Assembly (NCBI GenBank): GCA_963732695.1 | Contig: CAVTAP010000012.1 | Span: forward strand, 95,601-159,600 | Reading direction: 5' to 3' | Source: an uncultured Actinomycetota bacterium | GTDB taxonomy: Bacteria > Actinomycetota > Acidimicrobiia > Acidimicrobiales > SZUA-35 | Length of the DNA: 64,000 bases | Shown: piece after piece, positions 1 through 8,710 of the stretch | How the letters are laid out: each line of letters begins with the position of its first letter | How positions within the stretch are numbered: position 1 is the first letter of the stretch | Program-made: the position numbers and the translations under genes | Notes under the pieces: model-generated | What the model was told of the DNA's origin: nothing | The model's database searches: none | What the model saw: only the letters and a program-made list of their open reading frames with translations

Positions 1-1
1 C

Positions 2-1798
2 GAACGCCCCCAACTGCTCGCCCTCGACGAGCAGGCCGTGGCGGACGAGCTCGGTGAGAGGCGGCTCCAGGCTGGCTTCGGTCCGCTCCAGCAGGTGGCC
101 GAGATCGGCCATGAGGAAGGGGGAGCCGAGAACGGCCCCGGCCCCGCCCACCAGGCGGGCATCCTCGCTGAGGGGGGCGAGCCGGCGGTCGTACACGTCG
201 TCCACGTCGGGTCGGGGCGTCGACGGGAGGTCATCACCGTCGACCCCCTCGTCGAGCAGGGCGTTGGCCACGCCGGGCAGGCCGCCGCTGGCGTGGTGCA
301 GCCAGCGCGCCAGCTGGGCCCGGCTGGCGAACGACGCCTCAGGACGCCGGTGGTCCACCAGCTCGGCCGTCTCGGCCTCGGTGAGGGGCTCGAGGGCGAG
401 GCTGGCGCCGCCGGGCAGGCGGTCGAGCGCCCGCTCCAAGCCGAGCCAGGGGGCCTCGCCGGTGTCGGGACGGGCTGCGACGACGAGGCTCAGGGCACCG
501 TCGGCGGCGGCGTGGGCCAGGTACTCGACGGCGTCGCAGCTCATCGAGTCGAGCCAGTGGGCGTCGTCGACCACGAGCACGACCGGGCGGCCGGCGGCCT
601 CGGCTTCGAGCAGTTCGAGGAGGCGGGCGGCCAGCACACCCCGGCCGGGCAGGGAGTCGGCCACGGGTGTGTCGTCGGCCGCCAGCAGGGCCCGGAAGGC
701 GGGCAGGACGCTGGAGAACGGGCCGAAGCCCACCCGGCCCCCTTCGCTGCCGGCCACCCGCACCACGTGGGCACCGGCTTCGGCCGCCCGGTACATGGCC
801 TCGGCCAGCAGCGTGGTCTTGCCCCAGGCGGCCCGGCCCCGCACGACGACCACCGGGCTGTGGCCGGGCTCGGCCAGGCCGTCGAGCGCCTCCAACTCGG
901 GCCGGCGGCCCACGAAGTGCGACGCCCGGAGCCGGCTGAGCCTGGGGGCCGGCTCCCGGGAGAGGCCGTCGTCGGGCGTGGTGACGGTGCCGGCCGGGCT
1001 GGGCGGGGCGGGCGGGTTTGCCGTCGGTCCGTCGAGGTTCACGGTGCCGCCGACGATGGCGGCCCGCAGGTCGACCAGACGGGGCGAGGGGGCCAACGTC
1101 GCGGCGCGCCGGGCCTCGACCGTGCGGTCGACCACGGCCAGGGCCTCGTCGATCCGGCCGGCCCTCGTGTTGACGAGGGCCACGGCGGCGCACAGGGCTT
1201 CGTCGGTGGGGTGGGCCTGGTGGTGGCGGGCCACGATCACCAACTGGCGGGGGGATGCCGGATCGGGGTGGCGGGCCAGCTTGGCGATGGCCGAGTACTG
1301 GGCCGCCCGGTAGTCGGCCTGGGCCGCCTCCAGGGCGGGAAAAGGCTCGATGGAGCGGGTGAGGTCGACCTCGACCAGGTGGGCCTCGAACCGTGGATCC
1401 CACCCGGTGCCGGAACGGTCGAGGTGGAGGAGCTCCCAGGCGTCGACCGCGACCGGGTCCACCGGCAGCCGGTAGCGGCCGCCGTCGGACCGCACCGGCA
1501 GATCGACAGCGCGGCCCAGGCGGTTGATGGCCACCCGGACCTGGCCCCGCCAGTCGGACGGGAGGTCGTGGGCCCACAGCTGCTCGGCCAGCCAGTCGAT
1601 CGTCTGCCCCTCGGGGCCGGCCACGGCCAGGATGGCGAGGGTCCGCCGGCGGTGGCTCGACACCTTGACCGGCACACCGGCGCGCGTCATCGTCACCGGG
1701 CCGAGCACGGAGATGCGGATGTCGGCGGCGGGTTCGGGCATCACCTCCGGCCCGTTCACGGGCTCGGCGGTGGTGGGCAGGTTCGTCTCATCCCCCAC
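2..1798 (-). CDS. SARP-type wHTH + BTAD + AAA/STAND ATPase regulator (partial, runs off left edge)
   Basis: Not in ORF track because it is open at the edge. Hand translation of minus strand from GTG 1798: ...IRISVLGPV... (SARP N-term), HPTDEAL..AGRIDEAL..LAPSPRL (BTAD), FVGRRPEL, Walker A GRAAWGKT, Walker B VLVVDDAHWLD. Start approximate. Confidence 0.85.
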   Translation of the reverse strand, partial: MGDETNLPTTAEPVNGPEVMPEPAADIRISVLGPVTMTRAGVPVKVSSHRRRTLAILAVAGPEGQTIDWLAEQLWAHDLPSDWRGQVRVAINRLGRAVDLPVRSDGGRYRLPVDPVAVDAWELLHLDRSGTGWDPRFEAHLVEVDLTRSIEPFPALEAAQADYRAAQYSAIAKLARHPDPASPRQLVIVARHHQAHPTDEALCAAVALVNTRAGRIDEALAVVDRTVEARRAATLAPSPRLVDLRAAIVGGTVNLDGPTANPPAPPSPAGTVTTPDDGLSREPAPRLSRLRASHFVGRRPELEALDGLAEPGHSPVVVVRGRAAWGKTTLLAEAMYRAAEAGAHVVRVAGSEGGRVGFGPFSSVLPAFRALLAADDTPVADSLPGRGVLAARLLELLEAEAAGRPVVLVVDDAHWLDSMSCDAVEYLAHAAADGALSLVVAARPDTGEAPWLGLERALDRLPGGASLALEPLTEAETAELVDHRRPEASFASRAQLARWLHHASGGLPGVANALLDEGVDGDDLPSTPRPDVDDVYDRRLAPLSEDARLVGGAGAVLGSPFLMADLGHLLERTEASLEPPLTELVRHGLLVEGEQLGAF

Positions 1799-1911
1799 GG
1801 CAACAGTAAACAGTGAAACGTCCCGCCGCACACGTCCCGCCACCCACGTTCAACCATCTGGCTGGGTGTCACCAGCGTGTTGTGTCGCCCCCACGACACC
1901 CAGCTCGGCAC

Positions 1912-2775
1912 TCACCCTGCCGTGAGGTACCAGCGGCGGGACAGGAGGTCGGCCCGCCACAGGTCTCCCGGGGTGACCCAGCGCAGGGTGTCGTCGATCG
2001 GGGCGGTGCCGGTGAGCCCGGTCCCGGCGGCCACGACGGCCAGCAGCACGGCCCTGGTCAGCCCGAGCAGCTGGTCGCCGGTGATGCGGCTGCCGGCGCC
2101 GGCCCGCAACGGCCGGTGCCGGCGGCGGGCCAGCGCCAGCAGGCTGGGCCGTTCGAAGCCGCAGCGGGAACCGGTCAGGTCGGGCGTCACCGGCACGCCG
2201 GCCTCGCTCAGGGCGGCGGCGATGAACGACGAGCAGGTGTAGCTGCGGTCGTCAGGCCCGTGGGGGACACGGGCCAGGGCCGAGGCCGCCGCCCGCAGAG
2301 CCCGCTCCAGCACCGCCTCCTCCGGAGGCAGCACGTAGCACCGCGACACCGAAACCAGCCCGGCCAGGATCAGGTCGTCCCAGGCGTAGATGTGGGCCCG
2401 TCCGCCCAGGGTGGCTGTCCACCGGGCGGCGACGGCGGCTGCACCCTGGTGGTTGCGCCCGACGCGGCCCACGGCCATGGCCTCGTAACGCTCGACGATC
2501 GTGCTCAGCGGTCGCAACCCGAATCGGGCTCCGGCCACCTCCGAGATCGACAGCTCGCCCTGCTCGTCGGCCACGGCCAGGCCGACGTGACGCCACGGCT
2601 CCCCGGCCCGGCTGCAGAGATCCTGCAGGAGCCCGGGCCGGGCGCAGAACACCAGGTCGCCCTCCACCACCTGGCCGACGGTGATCGTGCCGTCGACCGG
2701 CGGGGCGTCGGGCGTCACCCAGCCGTCGGTCACGAACGACACGGCGGGTGGCGGGGGGATGTGCACTGCGGTCAT
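1912..2775 (-). CDS. Permuted papain-like (NlpC/P60, YiiX/YaeF-type) amidase/peptidase
   Basis: ATG 2775 with AAGAAGGA RBS; motifs in permuted order GDLVF, WRHVGL (His), YTCSSF (Cys), C-terminal VTPGDL. Confidence 0.8.
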   Translation of the reverse strand: MTAVHIPPPPAVSFVTDGWVTPDAPPVDGTITVGQVVEGDLVFCARPGLLQDLCSRAGEPWRHVGLAVADEQGELSISEVAGARFGLRPLSTIVERYEAMAVGRVGRNHQGAAAVAARWTATLGGRAHIYAWDDLILAGLVSVSRCYVLPPEEAVLERALRAAASALARVPHGPDDRSYTCSSFIAAALSEAGVPVTPDLTGSRCGFERPSLLALARRRHRPLRAGAGSRITGDQLLGLTRAVLLAVVAAGTGLTGTAPIDDTLRWVTPGDLWRADLLSRRWYLTAG

Positions 2776-2858
2776 GACTGGTTCCTTCTTGGTCAGAGAT
2801 CGTCGGCGACGGTGCGGAGTTCGCCGCAGGCGAAGCTCCAGGTCCCCGCAGGGGACAC

Positions 2859-3740
2859 TTAGTCGGGCTGGCCCAGGTAGGCCCAGGCGGCCCAGGCGTC
2901 GGCGGGCAACGGCCGGTGGAGCAGGAGCGCCTGGCGCAACGCCTCCAGCGGCCCCACCCCCATCGCCAGACGCCGGTGGTGGGCCGCCACCACGGTCACG
3001 CAGGCGTGGTCCTCCACCGGCCACAGGGTGCCCACCGCCGAGGCGAATCCCGGCGGCAGCGTCGTCGGCAGCGAGTCGCACCCGCTCAGCACGAGGTGGG
3101 CATGGCTCCCGCCGATCCGGAGGCCAGCGGCCCGGGGTTCGTGCCCGGCCACATGGACCACGACCGGATCGTCGCGCCCCGGGGGGCGGGAATGGCCGAC
3201 GAGCTCCCGCTCCAGCGCGACGGCGGCCAGGCCCCGTTCGTCGCCCCGGCGGTGCTCCAGGCGGAAGTGGCGGCGGCGTCCCGGTGCCCGGCCGGACCCG
3301 CCGCCGGCCGGGAGCCGGTAGCACTGGGTCAACTCGAACAGGGCGGGCCGGTCGGGCCGGTGCGCTGTCTCGATCGGCAGGCGGGCCAGCACCTCATGGC
3401 CCAGTATCAGCCCCACTCGGGGGAGCCCGGCCAGCAACTCCACCAGGTGCACTGAGACCAGCTCGTACACGGCATACAGGAACTCCTCGGTGGCGAGCGC
3501 CGAGCTCGGTCGCCCGGCGGCCACCAGGCCGCTGTCACCGGCGAGCTGCGCCCGATGCCGGGTGACGAGCGCGGCCAGCGTCGGCTGCAGAGCCGCCTTG
3601 ATCGTCAGCCGCCGAGAAGGTGCCGCGCCCCCGAGCTCGGCGGTGAGCCGGCCATCGGCCCGGAAGTAGAGACGGCACACCACCGTCGGGTCGGGCCGGT
3701 TCGCAGGCGCGGCCGTGCCGACCGCAGCTGTAGAGCGCAC
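2859..3740 (-). CDS. Stand-alone CHAT-domain (caspase-like) protease
   Basis: GTG 3740 preceded by GGAGG; LARLPIE, VVHVAGH (His), LVLSGC (Cys), GTLWPVED, EALRQA, WAAWAYLG. Confidence 0.8.
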   Translation of the reverse strand: MRSTAAVGTAAPANRPDPTVVCRLYFRADGRLTAELGGAAPSRRLTIKAALQPTLAALVTRHRAQLAGDSGLVAAGRPSSALATEEFLYAVYELVSVHLVELLAGLPRVGLILGHEVLARLPIETAHRPDRPALFELTQCYRLPAGGGSGRAPGRRRHFRLEHRRGDERGLAAVALERELVGHSRPPGRDDPVVVHVAGHEPRAAGLRIGGSHAHLVLSGCDSLPTTLPPGFASAVGTLWPVEDHACVTVVAAHHRRLAMGVGPLEALRQALLLHRPLPADAWAAWAYLGQPD

Positions 3741-3828
3741 GTTGGTTCCTCCGCCGAGAGATCCGGGCCGCCTCGATGCGGCCCACAGATCGTTACGCCA
3801 CAGCGGCGGAGTGGTGGCGGGGGAAGTT

Positions 3829-4836
3829 CTATCGGATGACGGGAGGCCAGGTGGTGAGGGCCGGCCACAGGGCCGGGCCGCCGGCGGCCACCACCGAACG
3901 GCCGAGCACGGCCGCCCATTCGGCGTCCGACCCGTACTCGTCACGCCAGGCCCACAGCCGGCGGGTGGAGTACTGCAGGCGGTGCTCGTCGGTGTAGCCG
4001 ATGGCGCCGTGGATCTGGTGGGCCAGCCGGTTGATGATGCCCACGGCCCGCCCCGTCACGGTCTTGGCCGCGGCGATGGCCCGGACCGCTTCGTGGGCGT
4101 CGGCCCCGCTGGCCACCACGTCCACGGCGTTGTCGGCGGCCGCCTCGGCCCCCGCCGCCTCGCCCGCCATCTGGGCCAGGTACTGCTGGAGCACCTGGAA
4201 CTTGCCGATGGCCCGGCCGAACTGCTCGCGCTCGTTGCAGTACTGGACCGACAGCTCGGCCGCCTGGCCCAGCGCCCCGGCCATGGTCAGCGACCGGGCC
4301 AGCGCCCCCCGGGCCCGCACGTCGAGAGGCGACGGCCCGGCCTGGAGCGAGACCCCGCTCACGCTCACGTCGGCCCACGGCTCGCCGGCCTGGTTCACGC
4401 CGCTGCGCAGCACGGTGGCGGCCGACGCCGGGGCCAGGCCGACCCCGCCCTCGCCCACCACAACCAGGTGCTCGGCCGTCGGGCACCAGTACGCCCGGGC
4501 CGGCCCGCCGGCGTCGATGACCACGGCCACCGGCCCGTCGGGCAGGGCGATGCCGGCCTGCTCGCACACCCAGCCGCCCACCAGCGACAGCTCCACCAGG
4601 GGCACCGGGGCGGCAAAGCGCCCGACGGCCTTGGCGATGGCGGCGGCGTCCTGCAGCGAACCCCCCGAGCCCCCGGCCGACTCGGCCAGACCCACCGTGG
4701 CCATACCCGACTCCCACAGGGCACCCCACACCTTGGCGTCGAGCCCGCCCTCGGCGGCCCCGATCACCTCGGGCGTGCACAGGTCGCCCAGCATCGACTC
4801 GATCGTCTCGATCAGCAGCGGATCAACAGAAGCCAT
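3829..4836 (-). CDS. Acyl-CoA dehydrogenase, short subunit
   Basis: REQFGRAIGKFQ and HQIHGAIGYT motifs; 3 nt from upstream ACAD. Confidence 0.9.
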   Translation of the reverse strand: MASVDPLLIETIESMLGDLCTPEVIGAAEGGLDAKVWGALWESGMATVGLAESAGGSGGSLQDAAAIAKAVGRFAAPVPLVELSLVGGWVCEQAGIALPDGPVAVVIDAGGPARAYWCPTAEHLVVVGEGGVGLAPASAATVLRSGVNQAGEPWADVSVSGVSLQAGPSPLDVRARGALARSLTMAGALGQAAELSVQYCNEREQFGRAIGKFQVLQQYLAQMAGEAAGAEAAADNAVDVVASGADAHEAVRAIAAAKTVTGRAVGIINRLAHQIHGAIGYTDEHRLQYSTRRLWAWRDEYGSDAEWAAVLGRSVVAAGGPALWPALTTWPPVIR

Positions 4837-4839
4837 GGC

Positions 4840-5988
4840 TCAGCGCACTCCCAGCTCACGGGCCACGATGCCCCGGAGGATCTCATTGGTACCGCCCCGC
4901 AGGGTGAAGCCCGGTGCCGACAGCACCGACTCGACCACGAGGGCGTCGAAGGTCTCGTTGCGGCCCGGGGGCACGAGCTTGCGGGCCACCTCGGGGATCT
5001 CGCCCTCGAGCTGGGTGCCCAGGTCTTTCACCAGGGCGGCCTCGGTGACCGGCGACCGCCCGGCGTCGAGCGACATGGCCACCGAGATCGACAGTCGCCG
5101 CAGGGCCGACATCCGGGCCACCAGCGTGCCCAGCTCGGCCGCCGCCTCGGCCGACGGATCGGGCCCGACGGCGTCGACCAGCGCCGCCAGCAGGGGATAG
5201 GTGGACAGGATCCGCTCCGGGCCCGACCGCTCGTAGGCCAGCTCGCCGATCACCTGGGCCCAGCCGTTGCCCTCCACGCCCAGCAGCATGTGGTCGGGCA
5301 CGAACACGTCGGTCATGACCACCTCGTTGAAGTGGTGGTGGCCCGACAGCAGGCGGATGGGGCGGATCTCCACCCCGGGCGAACGCAGATCGAGCACGAA
5401 CTGGCTCATGCCGTTGTGGCGGCCCTGGGCCTCGTCCACCGGCGTGGTGCGCACCAGCACGATGAAGTAGTGGTTGTTGTGGGCCTGGCTCGTCCAGACC
5501 TTGGTGCCGTTGACGATGTAACCACCGTCGACCTTGCGGGCCGACGACCGGATCGACGCCAGGTCGGACCCCGAGTCGGGCTCCGACATGCCGATCGAGA
5601 AGTACACCTCGCCGGCCACGATGCCCGGCACCAGCTCTTCCTTGATGGCGTCGTTGCCGTGCTTGATGATCGACGGGCCGCTCTGGCGCTCGGCGATCCA
5701 GTGGGCGGCGATGGGGGCCCCGTGGGCCAGCAGTTCCTCCACCACCGCGAACCGGTCGAGGGCGGAACGGGCCTGGCCCCCGTACTCCTTGGGGTAGGTG
5801 AGGCCGAGGAAGCCGGCGGCCCCGAGCTTCTTGGAGAACGAGGCGTCGTGGCCCGACAGCCAGGTGTCGACCTTGGGCGTGTAGCTGCCGGCGGCCAGCT
5901 CGGAAGCCAGGAACTCCCGGATCCGGCCCCGGATCTCTTCGGTGGAGGCCGGCAGGGCGGCGTCGGGGAACGTGAGGCGATTGGCCAT
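4840..5988 (-). CDS. Acyl-CoA dehydrogenase
   Basis: GMSEPDSGSDLAS, NGTKVWTS, GGTNEI. Confidence 0.93.
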   Translation of the reverse strand: MANRLTFPDAALPASTEEIRGRIREFLASELAAGSYTPKVDTWLSGHDASFSKKLGAAGFLGLTYPKEYGGQARSALDRFAVVEELLAHGAPIAAHWIAERQSGPSIIKHGNDAIKEELVPGIVAGEVYFSIGMSEPDSGSDLASIRSSARKVDGGYIVNGTKVWTSQAHNNHYFIVLVRTTPVDEAQGRHNGMSQFVLDLRSPGVEIRPIRLLSGHHHFNEVVMTDVFVPDHMLLGVEGNGWAQVIGELAYERSGPERILSTYPLLAALVDAVGPDPSAEAAAELGTLVARMSALRRLSISVAMSLDAGRSPVTEAALVKDLGTQLEGEIPEVARKLVPPGRNETFDALVVESVLSAPGFTLRGGTNEILRGIVARELGVR

Positions 5989-6039
5989 GGCCTACGTTGT
6001 AGCGCCTCCGGTGCCCGAGACGAAATATCGTGGCTGGTG

Positions 6040-6987
6040 ATGAGCACCACCCCGGCCCCCGTTCCCACCGGCGTGGACGGCGACGACGCCGCGTCCCGCC
6101 GCAGCCTGGGCTACGTGGCCGCCGTGGGGGCGCTGGTGTTCTGGGGCGGGCAGGCCGTGATCGCCAAGGGGATCAAGCTCGACCCCCTCCCGCTGGTGTT
6201 CTACCGGATCTGGCTGGCCGTGGTGTGGAGCGTGGGGATGCTCTATGTCACCAGGGGCCGCCTGAGCCGGGTGTTGCTGCGGCGGTGCCTGCTGGGGGGC
6301 ATCGCCTTCGGGCTCGACCTGGTGCTGTTCTTCACCGCCCTCAAGCTCACGACGGTGGCCAACACCACGGTGATCGCCTCCCTCCAGCCGGTGCTGCTGG
6401 TGTTCGCCGCCCCCCTGCTGTTCCACGAGAAGATCAAGGTCCACGAGGTCCTGCTGGCGGCGGTGGCCATCGTGGGCGTGGTGCTGGTGGTGTTCGGCGC
6501 CACCGGCCTGCCCCAGTGGAGCGCCCGGGGCGACGTGTGGGCGCTGGCCACCCTCTTCGCCTGGACCGGCTACTTCATGGCGTCCAAGGCGGCCCGGGCC
6601 CATCTGTCGGCCGTGGAGTTCACGGCCGGGGCCACCCTGATCGCAGCCGTGGTGGTGACCCCCTTCGCCGCCTTGTCGGGCCAGGACTGGGGGCCGCCCA
6701 CGGCCGGCAACTGGTTCTGGATCGCCATGATGGCCATCGGCCCGGGGTGGGCCGGCCACTACCTGATGAACTGGGCCCTGGGGCACGTGCCGATCTGGTT
6801 CGGCGGATGTGTGGCCCTGGCCAGCCCGGTGGCCTCGGCGGTGATGGCCGCTCTGTTCCTCGACGAGCACGTCACCTTCCTCCAGGGCCTCGGCATGGCC
6901 GTCACCGTCGCCTCGCTGATCGCCATGACCGTGATCGGCGCCCTCCTCACGTCGAGCCCGTCGGGGGTCGCCGCCGCCGAGACCTGA
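6040..6987 (+). CDS. DMT/EamA family transporter
   Basis: About 10 hydrophobic segments in two EamA-like repeats; start MSTTPAP at 6040. Confidence 0.88.
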   Translation: MSTTPAPVPTGVDGDDAASRRSLGYVAAVGALVFWGGQAVIAKGIKLDPLPLVFYRIWLAVVWSVGMLYVTRGRLSRVLLRRCLLGGIAFGLDLVLFFTALKLTTVANTTVIASLQPVLLVFAAPLLFHEKIKVHEVLLAAVAIVGVVLVVFGATGLPQWSARGDVWALATLFAWTGYFMASKAARAHLSAVEFTAGATLIAAVVVTPFAALSGQDWGPPTAGNWFWIAMMAIGPGWAGHYLMNWALGHVPIWFGGCVALASPVASAVMAALFLDEHVTFLQGLGMAVTVASLIAMTVIGALLTSSPSGVAAAET

Positions 6988-7015
6988 CCTTCCCCCGCCA
7001 CCTCTCCGTCGCCGT

Positions 7016-7122
7016 GATCTCGGTGCACGAGGCGCCGCCGACGATGCGTGGCGCACCAAGACCTGGGGCGCCCATTTCTCGGTGCGTGGGGCACCGCCGG
7101 TGGTGCGCGGCGCACCGGGATC
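7016..7122. repeat. Doublet of 48-bp REP-like hairpins (GATCTCGGTGC-N26-GCACCGAGATC family), degenerate copies
   Basis: Units 7016-7063 and 7075-7122; same geometry as 12361-12467. Confidence 0.75.
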
Positions 7123-7158
7123 GGGCGAGTTCGAGGGGTGCGCTCGTAGAGTTGCCCC

Positions 7159-7653
7159 GTGCTGTCCATGCTCGACGAGGCGACGGCGAGCCGGATCGTG
7201 GGCTGGTCGCTGGTGGTGATCCAGTTCGCCCTGATCGGGCTGCTGCTGATCGGCGAATCGGGTGATCTGTGGCCCACACCGGGCCCCGTCCGGGCCCTCG
7301 CGCTGGTCCTGGTGGCAGCGGGTTGCGTGATGATGGCCGGCGCGGCGTGGCAGATCCGTCGGGCCCTCACCGCATCACCCTTGCCCAACGAGCGGACGAC
7401 GTTGATGGAGCACGGCTGGTTCGGCCCGGTCCGCCACCCGATCTACACCGGGCTGCTCACCACCGGCGCCGGGCTGGCGCTCGGCCGGGCCAGCGTGCTG
7501 GCCGTCGCCTGCCTGGTGGGGCTGGCGGTCCTGCTCCAGGTGAAGGCCCGCTTCGAGGAGACGGTGCTGGCCGAGCGGTTCGACGGCTACCCCGCCTACA
7601 TGGCCCGCACCGGCCGCCTCCTCCCCCGCCTCCTACCTCGCCTCCGCCGCTGA
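7159..7653 (+). CDS. Isoprenylcysteine carboxyl methyltransferase / PEMT family membrane protein
   Basis: VRHPIY motif, EE..L..RF..Y..Y tail; TAGAGT just upstream of GTG. Confidence 0.85.
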   Translation: MLSMLDEATASRIVGWSLVVIQFALIGLLLIGESGDLWPTPGPVRALALVLVAAGCVMMAGAAWQIRRALTASPLPNERTTLMEHGWFGPVRHPIYTGLLTTGAGLALGRASVLAVACLVGLAVLLQVKARFEETVLAERFDGYPAYMARTGRLLPRLLPRLRR

Positions 7654-7823
7654 GCCCGGCCCGCGCCGGCCCGGGTTGCGGCTCACGTCCCCGGCGAACC
7701 GAGGGCGCGAAACCGCGCTCACCCAGCGTTCCGCGTCGCGAGAGCACCGGCATTCGTGCAAAACGTGACGCAGATCGGCTGAGAGGCGCGGTTTTCGTCG
7801 CGCAGAACGAGCGGCGGCGGCCG

Positions 7824-8657
7824 TCAGTCGGTCGGGGGACGGTGGAGGCGGATGGGGTTGGCCTCCCGCATCATGCGGGGCTGGTCCCGCCAGGCGGGGC
7901 CGGCGATGAGGCCGCCGTCGACAACGTGGGCCTGGCCCGTCACCCAGCTCGACTCGTCCGACGCCAGGAACAGCACCAGGTTGGCGATGTCGGTGGGTTC
8001 GCCCGCCCGGTGCATGGGCTGGGCCGTGGCCGTGCGTTGCCGGGCCTTGTCGAGCCGCTCGTCGGTGGCCGAGGCGCTGCCGGCGAACAGCGGCGTGATG
8101 GTGTAGCCGGGGCACACGGCGTTGACCCGCACGTTGTGCTCGGCCAGCTCCAGCGCCGCGGTCTGGGTCAGCGAGATCACGCCCGCCTTGGCCACCGTGT
8201 ACAGATGGCTGCCGATCCCGGCCTGGAGGCCGCAGATGCTGGCGGTGGAGATGATCGACCCCGACTCCTGCTCGCACATGATCGGCGCCGCGTGCTTGAT
8301 CCCGAAGAACGGACCCTTGAGCAGCACGTCCATCGTGAGGTCGTAGTCCTCCTCCGAGATCGACGAGATCGGGCCCATGGCCCCGCCGAACCCGGCGTTG
8401 TTGTAGATCACGTCGAGGCGGCCCCAGCGGTGCACGGCGTCGTCGATGGCCCCCGCCACCTGCTCCTCCCGGATCACGTTGCAGGCGGCGAAGGCAGCGG
8501 CGTCGCCCAATTCGGCGGCCAGGGCCGCGCCCCGGTCCTCTTGCATGTCGGCGATGACGACGTTGGCCCCTTCGGCCACGAACCGGCGCACGGTGGCCTC
8601 GCCGATCCCGCTCGCCCCACCGGTGATCACGGCCACCTTGCCGTCGAGTCTGCCCAT
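7824..8657 (-). CDS. SDR family oxidoreductase
   Basis: GKVAVITGGASGIG, NNAG, YTVAK, VNAVCPG, VDGG. Confidence 0.93.
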   Translation of the reverse strand: MGRLDGKVAVITGGASGIGEATVRRFVAEGANVVIADMQEDRGAALAAELGDAAAFAACNVIREEQVAGAIDDAVHRWGRLDVIYNNAGFGGAMGPISSISEEDYDLTMDVLLKGPFFGIKHAAPIMCEQESGSIISTASICGLQAGIGSHLYTVAKAGVISLTQTAALELAEHNVRVNAVCPGYTITPLFAGSASATDERLDKARQRTATAQPMHRAGEPTDIANLVLFLASDESSWVTGQAHVVDGGLIAGPAWRDQPRMMREANPIRLHRPPTD

Positions 8658-8710
8658 GTCGGTTGCTCTCCTCTGTCGTGGTACTGGGGTGGGCCCGGGG
8701 CCCGCCACCG

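Noticed and set aside
38-1816. 592-aa plus-strand ORF (and similar long ORFs such as 11993-15058, 28995-32117, 31516-34761, 35668-39345, 35766-38681)
   Set aside because: Antisense or off-frame shadows of real genes in high-GC DNA; no motifs, R/G/P/A-rich.
7700-7810. Nested imperfect inverted/direct repeats between convergent genes (gcgaaaccgcgc / gcgcggttttcg; gacgcagatc / cgcgcagaac)
   Set aside because: Possibly a decayed REP-type element, but too degenerate to define a unit by eye.
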